From assembly GCA_963704645.1 (NCBI GenBank), contig OY969926.1, forward strand, positions 480,001-544,000: DNA of 64,000 bases, given 5' to 3'. Shown one piece after another: positions 20,654 through 30,666 of the stretch. The position numbers and the translations under genes are program-made. This DNA is from an uncultured bacterium (GTDB lineage Bacteria > Patescibacteriota > JACMRA01). The notes beneath the pieces are model-generated. The model searched no databases. It saw nothing but the letters and a program-made list of their open reading frames with translations, and was not told the origin of the DNA. Within the stretch, counting starts at the first letter, position 1, and every line of letters begins with the position of its first letter.

Positions 20654-21130
20654 ATGGATATAAAAACCAAAGTATTTAGTTTAATAGTTTTACTTTTACT
20701 AGCTCTGCCAATAGTTTTAGGTACACAAAATTCTGGCGGGCAAGTACTTGGAGCTTCTGAAAATAACCAAACGGGATCTATTTCTGCAGCAAACACAAAT
20801 CAAAGCACTGCTATTCCCATACAAGGTAGAATTGGTGAAATTGCTAGTGGAGCCAGTGAAGTTGTAAGTGCAGATACGGCTGAGGCTTCAAAAGTTTTTA
20901 AGGGTAGGGTAATATGGGAAGACAATGCTAAATGGAAGGTTGTTTCAGATAAATTTCCAAAAGGATCTGGTATTGAAGTTAAATTTAATGGTAAGGCTTT
21001 TCCGTTGGTTGTAGAAGAGACAAGAATACTTTCTAGCGATACAACATTGGTTGTTAACAAAGAAACCTTCATTAAGTTAGGTGGAGATCCAGAAACAAGT
21101 TCATATATTGAAGTTGAAGTAATTAGTTAA
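20654..21130 (+). CDS. Secreted protein with a degenerate RlpA/DPBB-like domain
   Basis: Signal peptide, GQVLGA; FPKGSGIEV...LVVNKETFIKLG...IEVEV follows the RlpA pattern. Confidence 0.5.
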   Translation: MDIKTKVFSLIVLLLLALPIVLGTQNSGGQVLGASENNQTGSISAANTNQSTAIPIQGRIGEIASGASEVVSADTAEASKVFKGRVIWEDNAKWKVVSDKFPKGSGIEVKFNGKAFPLVVEETRILSSDTTLVVNKETFIKLGGDPETSSYIEVEVIS

Positions 21131-21136
21131 TTCTGT

Positions 21137-21631
21137 ATGCAAAATCAAAAAGTACTGCTATGGTCGTTAACCATTATGTTAATTATTAGCATGTCTGGTT
21201 TGCTATTTGTACTATTTTTATACAGACAGCAAGAAACAAATTTTCAACAAGAAAGACTTGCTTTGCAAAATAGCATATCTAACCAAAAGCGTGACAAAGA
21301 TACAATATCAATAATATGGGAAGAGCAGGCAGCTCAAAATGATATATTAGTAAACAGACAAACTGCTTTGCTGGATCAGGTAAATTTATATTTGAGTAAT
21401 GTTTCCAAGTCTATTCGGTTCGTGAATACTGTTCCGCAGTTTACCCCTGATGCTAACGAAACAAGTTTCAAGCTTCAGCTTAGCAATTTGCAAACAGCAA
21501 TAAACAATTTGAATACAGCAACTTCTACGAATAATTTAAAAAAGGAAGAATATAAATTAAAAATAGAAACTATATATCAACAGTCTGGGGAAGATTTAAA
21601 AAATAGGGCCAACCCTGACGGAATTAAATAA
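21137..21631 (+). CDS. Membrane-anchored coiled-coil protein
   Basis: N-terminal TM helix, Q/N-rich helices. Confidence 0.65.
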   Translation: MQNQKVLLWSLTIMLIISMSGLLFVLFLYRQQETNFQQERLALQNSISNQKRDKDTISIIWEEQAAQNDILVNRQTALLDQVNLYLSNVSKSIRFVNTVPQFTPDANETSFKLQLSNLQTAINNLNTATSTNNLKKEEYKLKIETIYQQSGEDLKNRANPDGIK

Positions 21632-21734
21632 TCTTTTAAAGTTTAGTATTGTAAAAGTGAACTATTACGGGTTGTCGTAAATGCTGATTTGACTAAAACT
21701 AATTTAATGGTAACTTTAAATTAAGCATAATAGT

Positions 21735-22172
21735 ATGTACAATAATAATAGTAACCCTTCTGGCTCATATAACAATGGTGGCCAGTATAATGATAGAAAT
21801 AATGATAGAAATTCCGGCTCATACGGTTCTAATTCTGGATCTTACGGTTCAAATAGAAACAATGGCGGTAGCCAAGGAACTCCTCACGTTGAGTTATACA
21901 GCACCAAAATTTTAGCAGGAACAAGAACATACTTTTTAAACTTGAAAGAGGATAGAAAAGGAAATAAGTACTTGGTAATAAAAGAATCCAAAAGAACTCA
22001 GGATGGAACTTTTGAAAAACATCAAATAATTATTTATCAGGAAGATTTCGCCAAATTAACTACTGGTTTGAATGATGTATTTACTTTCTTACAAAGTGGT
22101 AATAACTCACAAGAATCTAACGAACAGCAACAGCCTGAAGCTACTTCTTCTGAAGAAGCCGAAATGAGTTAA
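21735..22172 (+). CDS. PUR-like (DUF3276) nucleic-acid-binding protein with a low-complexity N-terminus
   Basis: LYSTKILAGTRTYFLNLKE...YLVIKESKR...IIIYQEDF. Confidence 0.8.
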   Translation: MYNNNSNPSGSYNNGGQYNDRNNDRNSGSYGSNSGSYGSNRNNGGSQGTPHVELYSTKILAGTRTYFLNLKEDRKGNKYLVIKESKRTQDGTFEKHQIIIYQEDFAKLTTGLNDVFTFLQSGNNSQESNEQQQPEATSSEEAEMS

Positions 22173-22490
22173 TTTATATCATTCGTTTAAGAATAAAGAT
22201 AATTCCCCGAAAGGGGGTTATTTTTTTGGAAATAAATATTCTTTAAGGTTAATAATTAAATGCCAAGTGTAAAATAACAATTTCCTGTTTAAATTGTTTA
22301 ATTAATCTGAGCTGTAGAAATTTTTGTAGCTTTTTTATTGCATATGTTTAATTAACGGCTCTTGATAATAATTTATGTAATAAAGTTTATTCTCTAAATA
22401 ACAGTGTTATACCCTTCACTTTTTAATTTATACTTATAAAATGTCTTTCTAGTTTAATTTTTTTTGCAACATTTTTTATTTTTGGAAAAC

Positions 22491-22515
22491 AAAAATCTCC
22501 CCTTTAGGGAGAGAT
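22491..22515 (-). terminator. Intrinsic terminator after the 5S rRNA
   Basis: Minus strand ATCTCTCCC-TAAA-GGGGAGAT-TTTT. Confidence 0.7.
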
Positions 22516-22520
22516 CAATG

Positions 22521-22639
22521 ACACCGGTTTTGGCCTATTTTCCCCAGTCTCTGCAGACTAGTATCATCAGCGTAAATGCGTTTCAAGACTCTGTTCGGAA
22601 TGTGAAGAGTTGGTGCCACACCACTTGAAAAACCGATGT
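22521..22639 (-). rRNA. rrf: 5S rRNA (unlinked, divergent)
   Basis: About 119 nt; helix I ACATCGGTTTT/AAAACCGGTGT; CATTCCGAAC, GAAAC, GATGATACT, GGGAAAATAGG motifs. Confidence 0.9.
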
Positions 22640-22675
22640 TTAATTTGTGTAATTATTTTTGATGTTTGTCAAATA

Positions 22676-23719
22676 TTACCTTAAATTAATCTTTTTTACA
22701 GACTTTCTGCTATTGTACCATAGCAATGTACCTGTACTAGCTATTAATGCGATTATGATTCCAGTTATTACTGCAGGCCCACCTGTTCTTGGCGTAGTTG
22801 TTGACCCTGTGGTTGAAGCAGTTCCGGTTGTAGTGGTAGCTCCTGTGGTTCCAGTTGTAGAAGTAGTAGCTCCTGTAGTTGTTGTGCCAGTTGTAGCTGT
22901 TGCCCCAGTTGTTCCAGTTGTGCTTGTTGCTCCTGTGGTTGAAGTCGCTCCGGTTGTAGTGGTAGCGCCAGTAGTAGTTGTCGCACCTGTTGAAGTAGTC
23001 CCAGTAGTTGCTGTAGCTCCGGTTGTAGTGGTAGCTCCAGTTGTTCCTGTGGTTGAAGTAGTAGTTCCAGTTGTTGTATTAGTAGGGGCTGCAACAGAAA
23101 AATTGTATATTCTTCTTCCTGGTCTTCTTGTTTCTTGGTAATCTGGAGATAGTAATGAATCTTCATCAAAAGTTAAAGTTGCTGTTTGTCCAGCAGTTGC
23201 ACCAGATGCTACGCTAACCAAAATTCTTATACATCCTGTAGCTTTTTCACGTAAACCAGATTCTCCAGTAGGAAGTATTCCTGCTGTGCTTGTGCCGCCA
23301 GCGGAAGTTGTGCTTCTAGAGGTTTGCAAACCGTATGTTAAGCTTGTAGTTGTAGCTAAACCGGCACTAATGCCATAAACTGGACCAGAGTAAGCTGTAC
23401 AAATTGCCTCCTGAGGTGGGTTTTCTCCATCTGTTCTAAGTGGAGATCCATAATAACTGTCTTGGAAGTCAGCTGTGTTAAACACAAACCCTGAACCAGC
23501 GAGGTTTGCAGTGGCAACGGCATTTCTGATATCTAAATCTGAGTTTACACTTCCGTAAGGAATAAGTAATGTAGTTGGGGCGGTGCTATCTGCAGGTATT
23601 GGATTAATTGTTGTGGTAATATCTGCAAGTCTAGCTTGAGCTGTAATTGAAGAGGTAAGGCCAACAATTGATAGTACAAATAAACTTATAGCTATAATAT
23701 TGTTAATTTTGTAGTTCAT
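22676..23719 (-). CDS. Surface protein with Thr/Gly/Ala stalk and TPRTG sorting-like signal
   Basis: Signal peptide; (TTGATT)n; TPRTGG-TM-basic tail. Confidence 0.85.
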   Translation of the reverse strand: MNYKINNIIAISLFVLSIVGLTSSITAQARLADITTTINPIPADSTAPTTLLIPYGSVNSDLDIRNAVATANLAGSGFVFNTADFQDSYYGSPLRTDGENPPQEAICTAYSGPVYGISAGLATTTSLTYGLQTSRSTTSAGGTSTAGILPTGESGLREKATGCIRILVSVASGATAGQTATLTFDEDSLLSPDYQETRRPGRRIYNFSVAAPTNTTTGTTTSTTGTTGATTTTGATATTGTTSTGATTTTGATTTTGATSTTGATSTTGTTGATATTGTTTTGATTSTTGTTGATTTTGTASTTGSTTTPRTGGPAVITGIIIALIASTGTLLWYNSRKSVKKINLR

Positions 23720-23754
23720 ATTTTTGTTTTATTTTTTGTATTTATTTAAATTAA

Positions 23755-25530
23755 TTATCCACCAACATAGAAATTTAAGTTATATGAGTCTCTTAACAAA
23801 GTGTTACCTGAAGTTGCAGTTGCAATTACATTGTAGTAATTGACGGTTTGATCTACTGCTGCAAGAGTAGTTTCGCACGCACCATTTGTGATATTTGATG
23901 TATATGTTCTTAGAATATTTGCTGGAATGTATGGTCTAGGGAATCTAATAAATTCAAAAGTGCAGGTTCCAGTTGTAAGAGTTACTCCGTTTGAATCTTT
24001 CAATTCGTCATATACAATTTTCATTGTTCCATCTTTAAATTTCTGTGTTGTATTACAGTTGGTGTTTTCTCTAGTCACTAAGTCGAAGTTTACAGTTGTG
24101 TTGCTTAAACCTACACAGTAAAGTCTTCCAGATCTTACAGCAACAATTGCTGGGGCTAAAGTAATATTTCCACTATCAACTGGTGTTCCAGCGTCGTTGT
24201 ATTGTAATAAAACATTTCTATCTCCAGCAGTTCCTCCAGTTGTTGGAATTGGACAGACAAGTGATGCAGCAGCAGTTCCATTTCCAGTAATTGTACAGTC
24301 AGTACCGTAACCGCCAGAAACAGGAGTCAAATCTGTAGCTGCATTTCCGTTTTGACTTGTAGTTCCATTAATACCATTGGTAGGTGCGGCATAGTTATTA
24401 GCAGCGTCTCCTGTTAAAGGAAATACACAAGATGAAGAAGTTCCAATTGGGGTTGGGTTTGGAGTGCATACACCAGTTCCAACATTTGCAGGGGCTATTA
24501 CTGTTGGAGGGATGGTCGCGGCTTGCAAAGTTACATTTCCTTTATCTGCAGGACTTCCTGTTCCACCATATTGTAGTAAAACATTTCTATCTCCAGGTGT
24601 TCCTCCAGTTGTTGGAATAGTTGTACAACTTAATGCTGCAGATGCAGTTCCATTGCCAGTAATAGTACAAGCAGGGCTATAACCACCAGAAACAGGGGTT
24701 AAATCTGTGGCTGCATTTCCATTTTGACTTGTTGAACCTGCAATTCCACCAGAAGGTAGAACATAGTTATTTTGTGCGTTTCCTGTAAGTGGGAAAGTGC
24801 AGTTATAAGTTGTGTTAACAGTGGTAGATGATGGAGTACATGTTCCATTGCTTGTGTTAGCAGCAGCAATAGTTGTTGGGGAAGATGCAACTACACTAAT
24901 ATTTAAGGAAGCAGCTCCTCCGCTTGCACCATCCAAAGTTGTTTCAGCTATAATTGCAAAGTTAACTGTATTGCCGGCAACTAGACCTTGATCAGATCTA
25001 AGTGTTGCTCTGAAAGTAATGACACCAGTTTTAGCAGCTGGCCATGTGCCTGGGTCTGAAGGTGAGGCTTCAGGTGCTGAAGTTAAGGTTGCAGGGCCTG
25101 CAGTTGACTGACCATTACATGGTGCAGTTAAAGTGGTTGCAGATCTTGGTCTGTATGAAAGTGAAGTAGATCCGTCACCAGCTACCGTAACAATGCCTGA
25201 AGCGTCACTTACACAATACATAGGAGAGGTTGTTCCTCCAAATTGTTCTGTTAAAGAATTAGCTACGTAGGTTAATTTATTATTCAAAAATATTGTTGTT
25301 ACAGCGTTAGCTATAGAGTCACTATCTCCTGCGTTAATATACTGTATTGTAAATACACCAGTTTGCCCAGGTGATAAAGATACAACTGAAGCTGCCTGTG
25401 CAGTTTGATTATTTCTGTTTATTAAAGAATAACTTACTCCTAATATTGATATTAATAATATAGCTAAAGCAGCTATACTAATTTTGCCCATTCTAGATTT
25501 AAAAAAACTATTAATATTTTTTAGTGTCAT
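23755..25530 (-). CDS. Modular Cys-rich surface protein
   Basis: N-terminal domain homologous to 15252; two ~120-aa repeats (TSQNGNAATDLTPVSGGY). Confidence 0.85.
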   Translation of the reverse strand: MTLKNINSFFKSRMGKISIAALAILLISILGVSYSLINRNNQTAQAASVVSLSPGQTGVFTIQYINAGDSDSIANAVTTIFLNNKLTYVANSLTEQFGGTTSPMYCVSDASGIVTVAGDGSTSLSYRPRSATTLTAPCNGQSTAGPATLTSAPEASPSDPGTWPAAKTGVITFRATLRSDQGLVAGNTVNFAIIAETTLDGASGGAASLNISVVASSPTTIAAANTSNGTCTPSSTTVNTTYNCTFPLTGNAQNNYVLPSGGIAGSTSQNGNAATDLTPVSGGYSPACTITGNGTASAALSCTTIPTTGGTPGDRNVLLQYGGTGSPADKGNVTLQAATIPPTVIAPANVGTGVCTPNPTPIGTSSSCVFPLTGDAANNYAAPTNGINGTTSQNGNAATDLTPVSGGYGTDCTITGNGTAAASLVCPIPTTGGTAGDRNVLLQYNDAGTPVDSGNITLAPAIVAVRSGRLYCVGLSNTTVNFDLVTRENTNCNTTQKFKDGTMKIVYDELKDSNGVTLTTGTCTFEFIRFPRPYIPANILRTYTSNITNGACETTLAAVDQTVNYYNVIATATSGNTLLRDSYNLNFYVGG

Positions 25531-25583
25531 ATTTATTTTTGTTTTACTTATCGTATTATATTTTATTGTATTGAAGTTGTAAA

Positions 25584-26327
25584 TTAATTTTTTGGTGTAA
25601 CTTCAAAAAACACTAAATCTATTTTACCTTTACTATCTCCTTCATCGCTAAGGTAAGAATAAATTCTACTGTTTTCTCCAACAGCTTTTGTGGTGGCCAT
25701 TTCTACATCAAAAATAATTTTACCTGCGTCACCTGCCATAACCTGACTAAAGTTTTTATCTGTGCTGCCAGGGCCATATTGAATTACGTTTTTAGTTGAA
25801 TCATACAAATTCGTATCATTAATATTAATTGCTTCTTTTCCAGAAATTTCTTCTTTCATAGAGTTTTTTACTAAAGAAAGACCATCTCCTAGTTTAATTA
25901 AGACACTTCCTTTTTTCATACTTTCGTCACCAATGTTTGAATAGTTTACAGTCATTCTGTACTTTTGACCTTGTCTAATTTTGAAAAGAGTGAATCTTTC
26001 GCTTGGCTTTTCAGTTTCTGGGTCGAATGGCTTACTATTAAAATCTGCAAGCGATATTTCTGCATTGTTTTTATCTTCGGCACTTAAACTTTGTAATGGT
26101 ACATTCTGTTTAGTATCCTGTAAGCTGGCTGTGTTACTTGGACTAGCTTGTGTTTGTTTATCATTAGCATTGCCTGAATTTTTGGTATTAAGAGTAAGTG
26201 TTAAAACTACTATAATAATTAGAAGTGTCGATGCTACACCCCCAATAACAAGTAGTGTTTTTTTGTTGTTTTCTTTTTTTGCATGCAAAGACTTTTTGTC
26301 CTTTTCGTGAATGTTTGTTTCTGTCAT
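25584..26327 (-). CDS. Membrane-anchored protein with a DUF11-like Ig domain
   Basis: TM helix; GQKYRMTVNYSNIG...LGDGLSLVKNS. Confidence 0.6.
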   Translation of the reverse strand: MTETNIHEKDKKSLHAKKENNKKTLLVIGGVASTLLIIIVVLTLTLNTKNSGNANDKQTQASPSNTASLQDTKQNVPLQSLSAEDKNNAEISLADFNSKPFDPETEKPSERFTLFKIRQGQKYRMTVNYSNIGDESMKKGSVLIKLGDGLSLVKNSMKEEISGKEAININDTNLYDSTKNVIQYGPGSTDKNFSQVMAGDAGKIIFDVEMATTKAVGENSRIYSYLSDEGDSKGKIDLVFFEVTPKN

Positions 26328-26592
26328 ATTTATTTATGTTTTAAAGATAAACTTATTATACAGTAAGAATTACTTTTAATCAAAATAGGAGTGTTATTAA
26401 TTATAGAATCTATTTAAGGCATTATTAAAATTCTTAAGAATCAGCATCTTTAAAAGATAAGCCAATTCTCTCAATCATGAATCTTTCAATTAACTGAGTA
26501 TAAAGCTTGAGCCTTAGTTTATAATTTATTTTCTAAGATAGGACATCAAAAAAAGAGGGTTGCCCCTCTAATTCGTTAATATTTAAACTATA

Positions 26593-26940
26593 CTATTTAA
26601 TTTCTTCAGAAGCCTTTTCAAGTCTATCTTTAACTTCTCCTTTTACGCTTTCTTTAACTTCTTCTATCTTTTCTTTTACATTTTCTTTAACTTCCTCCTC
26701 CTTTTTTAATAAATTTTTTCCAGCAACTCTGGCTTTATTTAATAATTCTTCTTTAGTTTTATCTGCGTATTTTATTGCTTTAGCTGCCTCTGTGCTAATT
26801 TTATTTCTATTTTCTAAGCCAGTTTTTGGATTGAAAAAGTGAGAAACGAAAAATCCGGTAATACCAGAAAAGATGCCAGTGAATAATGTAGCTGCAAATA
26901 TTTTGCGCTGTCTTTGTTTGTTGAATTTTTGGAAGAACAT
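26593..26940 (-). CDS. YtxH-like protein
   Basis: TM helix then FNPKTGLENRNKI and K/E-rich helices. Confidence 0.6.
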   Translation of the reverse strand: MFFQKFNKQRQRKIFAATLFTGIFSGITGFFVSHFFNPKTGLENRNKISTEAAKAIKYADKTKEELLNKARVAGKNLLKKEEEVKENVKEKIEEVKESVKGEVKDRLEKASEEIK

Positions 26941-27041
26941 ACTAAGCCCAAATTATTCTAAATAATAGGTACTGTCAAATAGTAAGGCTGAATGAATAAT
27001 TTTTGACATTAGGCTTTAAGCAAGGTATCATACTGGTAAAC

Positions 27042-29702
27042 ATGGATGATTTATATCAAAACAGTAATCAAAATAACCAAAGCGTTATATTAGCAACAAA
27101 CAACAGCAACAACACTACTTCTTTGTTTAGTGCTTTTGATGGTTTGGGGAGTTTTCTTTACACCAGTTTTATAGTCTTGTCTGTAATTTTGGCTCTGGCA
27201 GTATTGGCTAAAGTTGCTGTAAATTTGTATAGGAAAAATTATTATAATAAGAAAAAGCTTTCTGACTGGAAAGAAACTGTCTTTCTAGAAATTACTGTTC
27301 CACAAGAGTCAGCAGAGCAAGTTCAAAAAGATCAGGGCAGTAAAAAAGAAGATAAAGATAGTATTGCGGTGGGCGAGCAAATGTTTTTAGTTATGAATGA
27401 ATTTGCCAAGACAAAGTGGAAAAATTATTTTTTTGGCACAGAGCGTTTCAGTTTAGAAATAGTTAATATAGATTCTGAAATTAGATTTTGGATGGCGTGT
27501 AGTAAAAAAACTGTGGGATTGTTAGAGAGGCAAATAGTTTCAGTTTACCCTAAAGCCTCTATTAATAAATTAGATAATGTGGATTTTTTTAAGGAAGGAA
27601 GTGTAGCTTACAGTCAGGAACTAGATTTAGCTAATAGGTTTGAACTGCCTTTCAGAACTTATAGAATGATGGAAACTGATGCCTTAAATTCGCTTACCAA
27701 TGTAATGAGTAATTTAGGTAAACAGGAATCTGCTGCTATTCAGCTAATTTTAACGCCTGTTAAAAACTCTTGGCAGAAAAAGCCTGGTGTTTTAGCTTCT
27801 AGAATTCAACAAGGTCAAAATCCTAATGAAGTTTTAAATCCTAAAAAAGATAGAACTAAAATTATTAAAGGTATATTTAAATTTTTATTTGATAGTTTTA
27901 AACCCGATAAAAAAGATAATCACAATAATCAAGATAAAAAAGAAAGAAAAATAGATTTATCAGGAAAAGAAATGGAATTAAGATTAACTCCGCAACAACA
28001 GGAAATAATTAAGAAACTTGAAGAAAAAGCATCTAGACCTGGGTTTAATTTTACTCTAAGAGTTGTTGCTTCTGCAGAAAATGATATTAGAGCTAAGCAA
28101 ATTGTAGATCAAATTGTTCCTGCTTTCCAAACTTTTGAAATAAATCCGTTCAACGGTTTTAAAAGGGTTAAATCTGATTCTAAAGAAAGTGTGCTTAACT
28201 TTTTAATGCGAGCACCTAACTTCAATAGTAAGAATATTATTAATACAGAAGAAGTTAACAGTTTGTGGCATTTACCTAATTTTCTGGTTCAAACCCCTGA
28301 TATTAGATGGCTGCTTGCAAGAAAACCAGCAATACCATTAATTGTTCCTGGCCCTGGCCCTGGAAATGTAATGTTGGGAACAGCTAAGGCTCGTGGGCAG
28401 TCTAAAGACATTTATATGAAGATGGAAGATAGGTTTAGACACATTTACGCTTTGGGAGGGTCTGGTTCTGGAAAAACTTATTTAATGGCCAATGTAATTG
28501 CCCAAGATATGCAGCTTGGTAACGGAGTTTGTGTTGTAGATCCGCATGGTGAACTTATTGATGATATTTTGAAAAGGGTTCCACCAGAAAGAGCTGATGA
28601 TGTAATAGTTTTCTCTCCTGCTTACACCGATAGACCTCTGGGCTTAAACATGTTGCAAACTGATCCGCTGAAGCCAACACAAAAAACTTTAGTAATAGAA
28701 ACTTTGTTTAATATTTGGGACAAACTATACGATTTGAAGAAAACTGGCGGTCCGATGTTTGAAAGCTACATGAAAAATTCAATGCGTTTGGTAATGAGTC
28801 ATGTTGAAAGTGGATCAACTTTGATGGAAATTCCTAAAGTTCTTTCCGATGAAGATTTTAGAACCTTCAAGTTAGCAATGTGCGATGATCAGGAAGTGGT
28901 AGATTTTTGGGAAAAGGAAGCCACAAAAGCAGGGGGTGAGGCCAGTCTTGAAAATATGGTTCCTTATATTACTTCTAAACTTGCACCTTTTACAACTAAC
29001 GACTTTTTAAGGCCTATGATTGGGCAGCAAAATAGCTGTATTAATTTTAGAGAAGCAATGGATAATAAGAAAATTATTTTGGTTAGTCTTGCTAAGGGTT
29101 TGATTGGCGAAAATTCTGCTTACTTGGTGGGTATGGTTATGATTGGAGGTTTGTTGATGGCAGGAATGGGTAGAAATGATGGTTTGAAGTATAATTTAGA
29201 TGGAACCACAACTGAAATTGAAAGTAAAGATAGAACTCCATTTTTCGTGTATATCGATGAAATGCAGAACTTTTTGTTTGACTCTATTCCAAAAGCTTTA
29301 GAAGAAATTCGTAAGTATAAAGTAGGATTTTATTTAGCTCATCAATTTGTAAAACAATTGGTTGTAGATGGTAATGAGAGAATTAAAGATTCCATAATGG
29401 CTAACTGTGCCACCAAGTTTATATACAGAGTAGGTGCAGATGACGCTGGCTATTTAGAAAAAGAATTTGGCCCAACATTAACAGCCCCAGATTTAATTAA
29501 CCCTGAAGCCAGAACCGCTAATGCTATATTATTGGTTGATGGCCAAAAAACTACACCCTTCAACTTTTTACCTAGTAAGTGGCCTGAAGGAAATAACCAG
29601 GAGCTTAGAAGACAAATTATTGAAAATACCAAACAAAAATACGGCAAGCCTAAAGAAGAAGTAGAAAAAGAAATTAGAGATAGAGCTAAGCTTTTGTTTT
29701 AG
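27042..29702 (+). CDS. VirB4/TraG-TraD-like P-loop ATPase (CPR type)
   Basis: DRFRHIYALGGSGSGKT, VDPHG, YIDEMQNF, RKYKVG.YLAHQ. Confidence 0.85.
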   Translation: MDDLYQNSNQNNQSVILATNNSNNTTSLFSAFDGLGSFLYTSFIVLSVILALAVLAKVAVNLYRKNYYNKKKLSDWKETVFLEITVPQESAEQVQKDQGSKKEDKDSIAVGEQMFLVMNEFAKTKWKNYFFGTERFSLEIVNIDSEIRFWMACSKKTVGLLERQIVSVYPKASINKLDNVDFFKEGSVAYSQELDLANRFELPFRTYRMMETDALNSLTNVMSNLGKQESAAIQLILTPVKNSWQKKPGVLASRIQQGQNPNEVLNPKKDRTKIIKGIFKFLFDSFKPDKKDNHNNQDKKERKIDLSGKEMELRLTPQQQEIIKKLEEKASRPGFNFTLRVVASAENDIRAKQIVDQIVPAFQTFEINPFNGFKRVKSDSKESVLNFLMRAPNFNSKNIINTEEVNSLWHLPNFLVQTPDIRWLLARKPAIPLIVPGPGPGNVMLGTAKARGQSKDIYMKMEDRFRHIYALGGSGSGKTYLMANVIAQDMQLGNGVCVVDPHGELIDDILKRVPPERADDVIVFSPAYTDRPLGLNMLQTDPLKPTQKTLVIETLFNIWDKLYDLKKTGGPMFESYMKNSMRLVMSHVESGSTLMEIPKVLSDEDFRTFKLAMCDDQEVVDFWEKEATKAGGEASLENMVPYITSKLAPFTTNDFLRPMIGQQNSCINFREAMDNKKIILVSLAKGLIGENSAYLVGMVMIGGLLMAGMGRNDGLKYNLDGTTTEIESKDRTPFFVYIDEMQNFLFDSIPKALEEIRKYKVGFYLAHQFVKQLVVDGNERIKDSIMANCATKFIYRVGADDAGYLEKEFGPTLTAPDLINPEARTANAILLVDGQKTTPFNFLPSKWPEGNNQELRRQIIENTKQKYGKPKEEVEKEIRDRAKLLF

Positions 29703-29832
29703 TGGGAATTTATATAGATCAATATAAATCAATCATTTTCTAACTTTAATTATAGTTAGTTGGGTAAACTTAATTTATTTATTGACAATTTTATATTTTA
29801 TAAGCAATTAATGAGTAATTATTAATAGCCAA

Positions 29833-30468
29833 ATGTCTAATAACCCAAACAACAACGAAATATTTATGCCAGAAAACAAATCTAACAAAGCCAGTATTAT
29901 TGTTGCTATTGTAGCAATCTGCTTAATTTTAGGAGGTGTTTATTTAATTAACCAAGGTGTAAATTCTTCAAATAAGACTAAAGAAACTGCTCAGAACACA
30001 AACTCAAATAGTTCTAGTAGCAGTACTCCAACAACTTCTACTTCCACCAAGGCCACAACTAGCACAACAGAGCCAACTGAAACTACTACTCCAACAACTA
30101 ATACTGCTGCCACCACAACACCAACCACTGTAGATACAACAACTCCAGCTACTACAACTACTCCATCAACCAGTAGTACAACTACTCCTACTACAACTCC
30201 TACTACAACCACACCAGAGCCAGCTAAATTGGAAAATAATCAAATAGTAGCTAAAGCTTTATCAGTTTCGGATAGTGGAGAAACTAGATTTGAAATTAAA
30301 GAATGTGGAATACCTAACGCTACGGTTTGCAAGGCTGGAACTAAATTTACATTAACAGGCGTTAAATCTTCTGTAGATAAAACATATTTGGTTTCAGGTA
30401 ACATTACCGAAAGTAATGGAGCTTTAAGTTTGGAAAACATAATTGTAAAAGAATACACCGCAAGTTAA
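29833..30468 (+). CDS. Membrane-anchored protein with Thr/Pro stalk
   Basis: TM helix, T/S/P linker, small Cys-pair domain. Confidence 0.75.
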   Translation: MSNNPNNNEIFMPENKSNKASIIVAIVAICLILGGVYLINQGVNSSNKTKETAQNTNSNSSSSSTPTTSTSTKATTSTTEPTETTTPTTNTAATTTPTTVDTTTPATTTTPSTSSTTTPTTTPTTTTPEPAKLENNQIVAKALSVSDSGETRFEIKECGIPNATVCKAGTKFTLTGVKSSVDKTYLVSGNITESNGALSLENIIVKEYTAS

Positions 30469-30666
30469 TTTTCAGCTCCGTAAGGGGCTTTTTTTATGCA
30501 TTAAATTATTCCTAAAGCTGTAGTTTCACTAAATTGAAGAAGCTTAAACGTTTTTAGATTTCAAAACAAAATGTTTATAAAGTAGTACTTTTATCTTTAT
30601 CACTGAAGTTCTTGTAATAGTTTCAATTCAAAAAGTTTAATCAAAATTGTAATTAATTTATTCAAA

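Noticed and set aside
22659-23169. Val/Pro-rich and Gln/Leu-rich ORFs
   Set aside because: Shadow frames of the Thr-rich stalk of 22676..23719; the same applies to 29991..30212 and 6016..6537.
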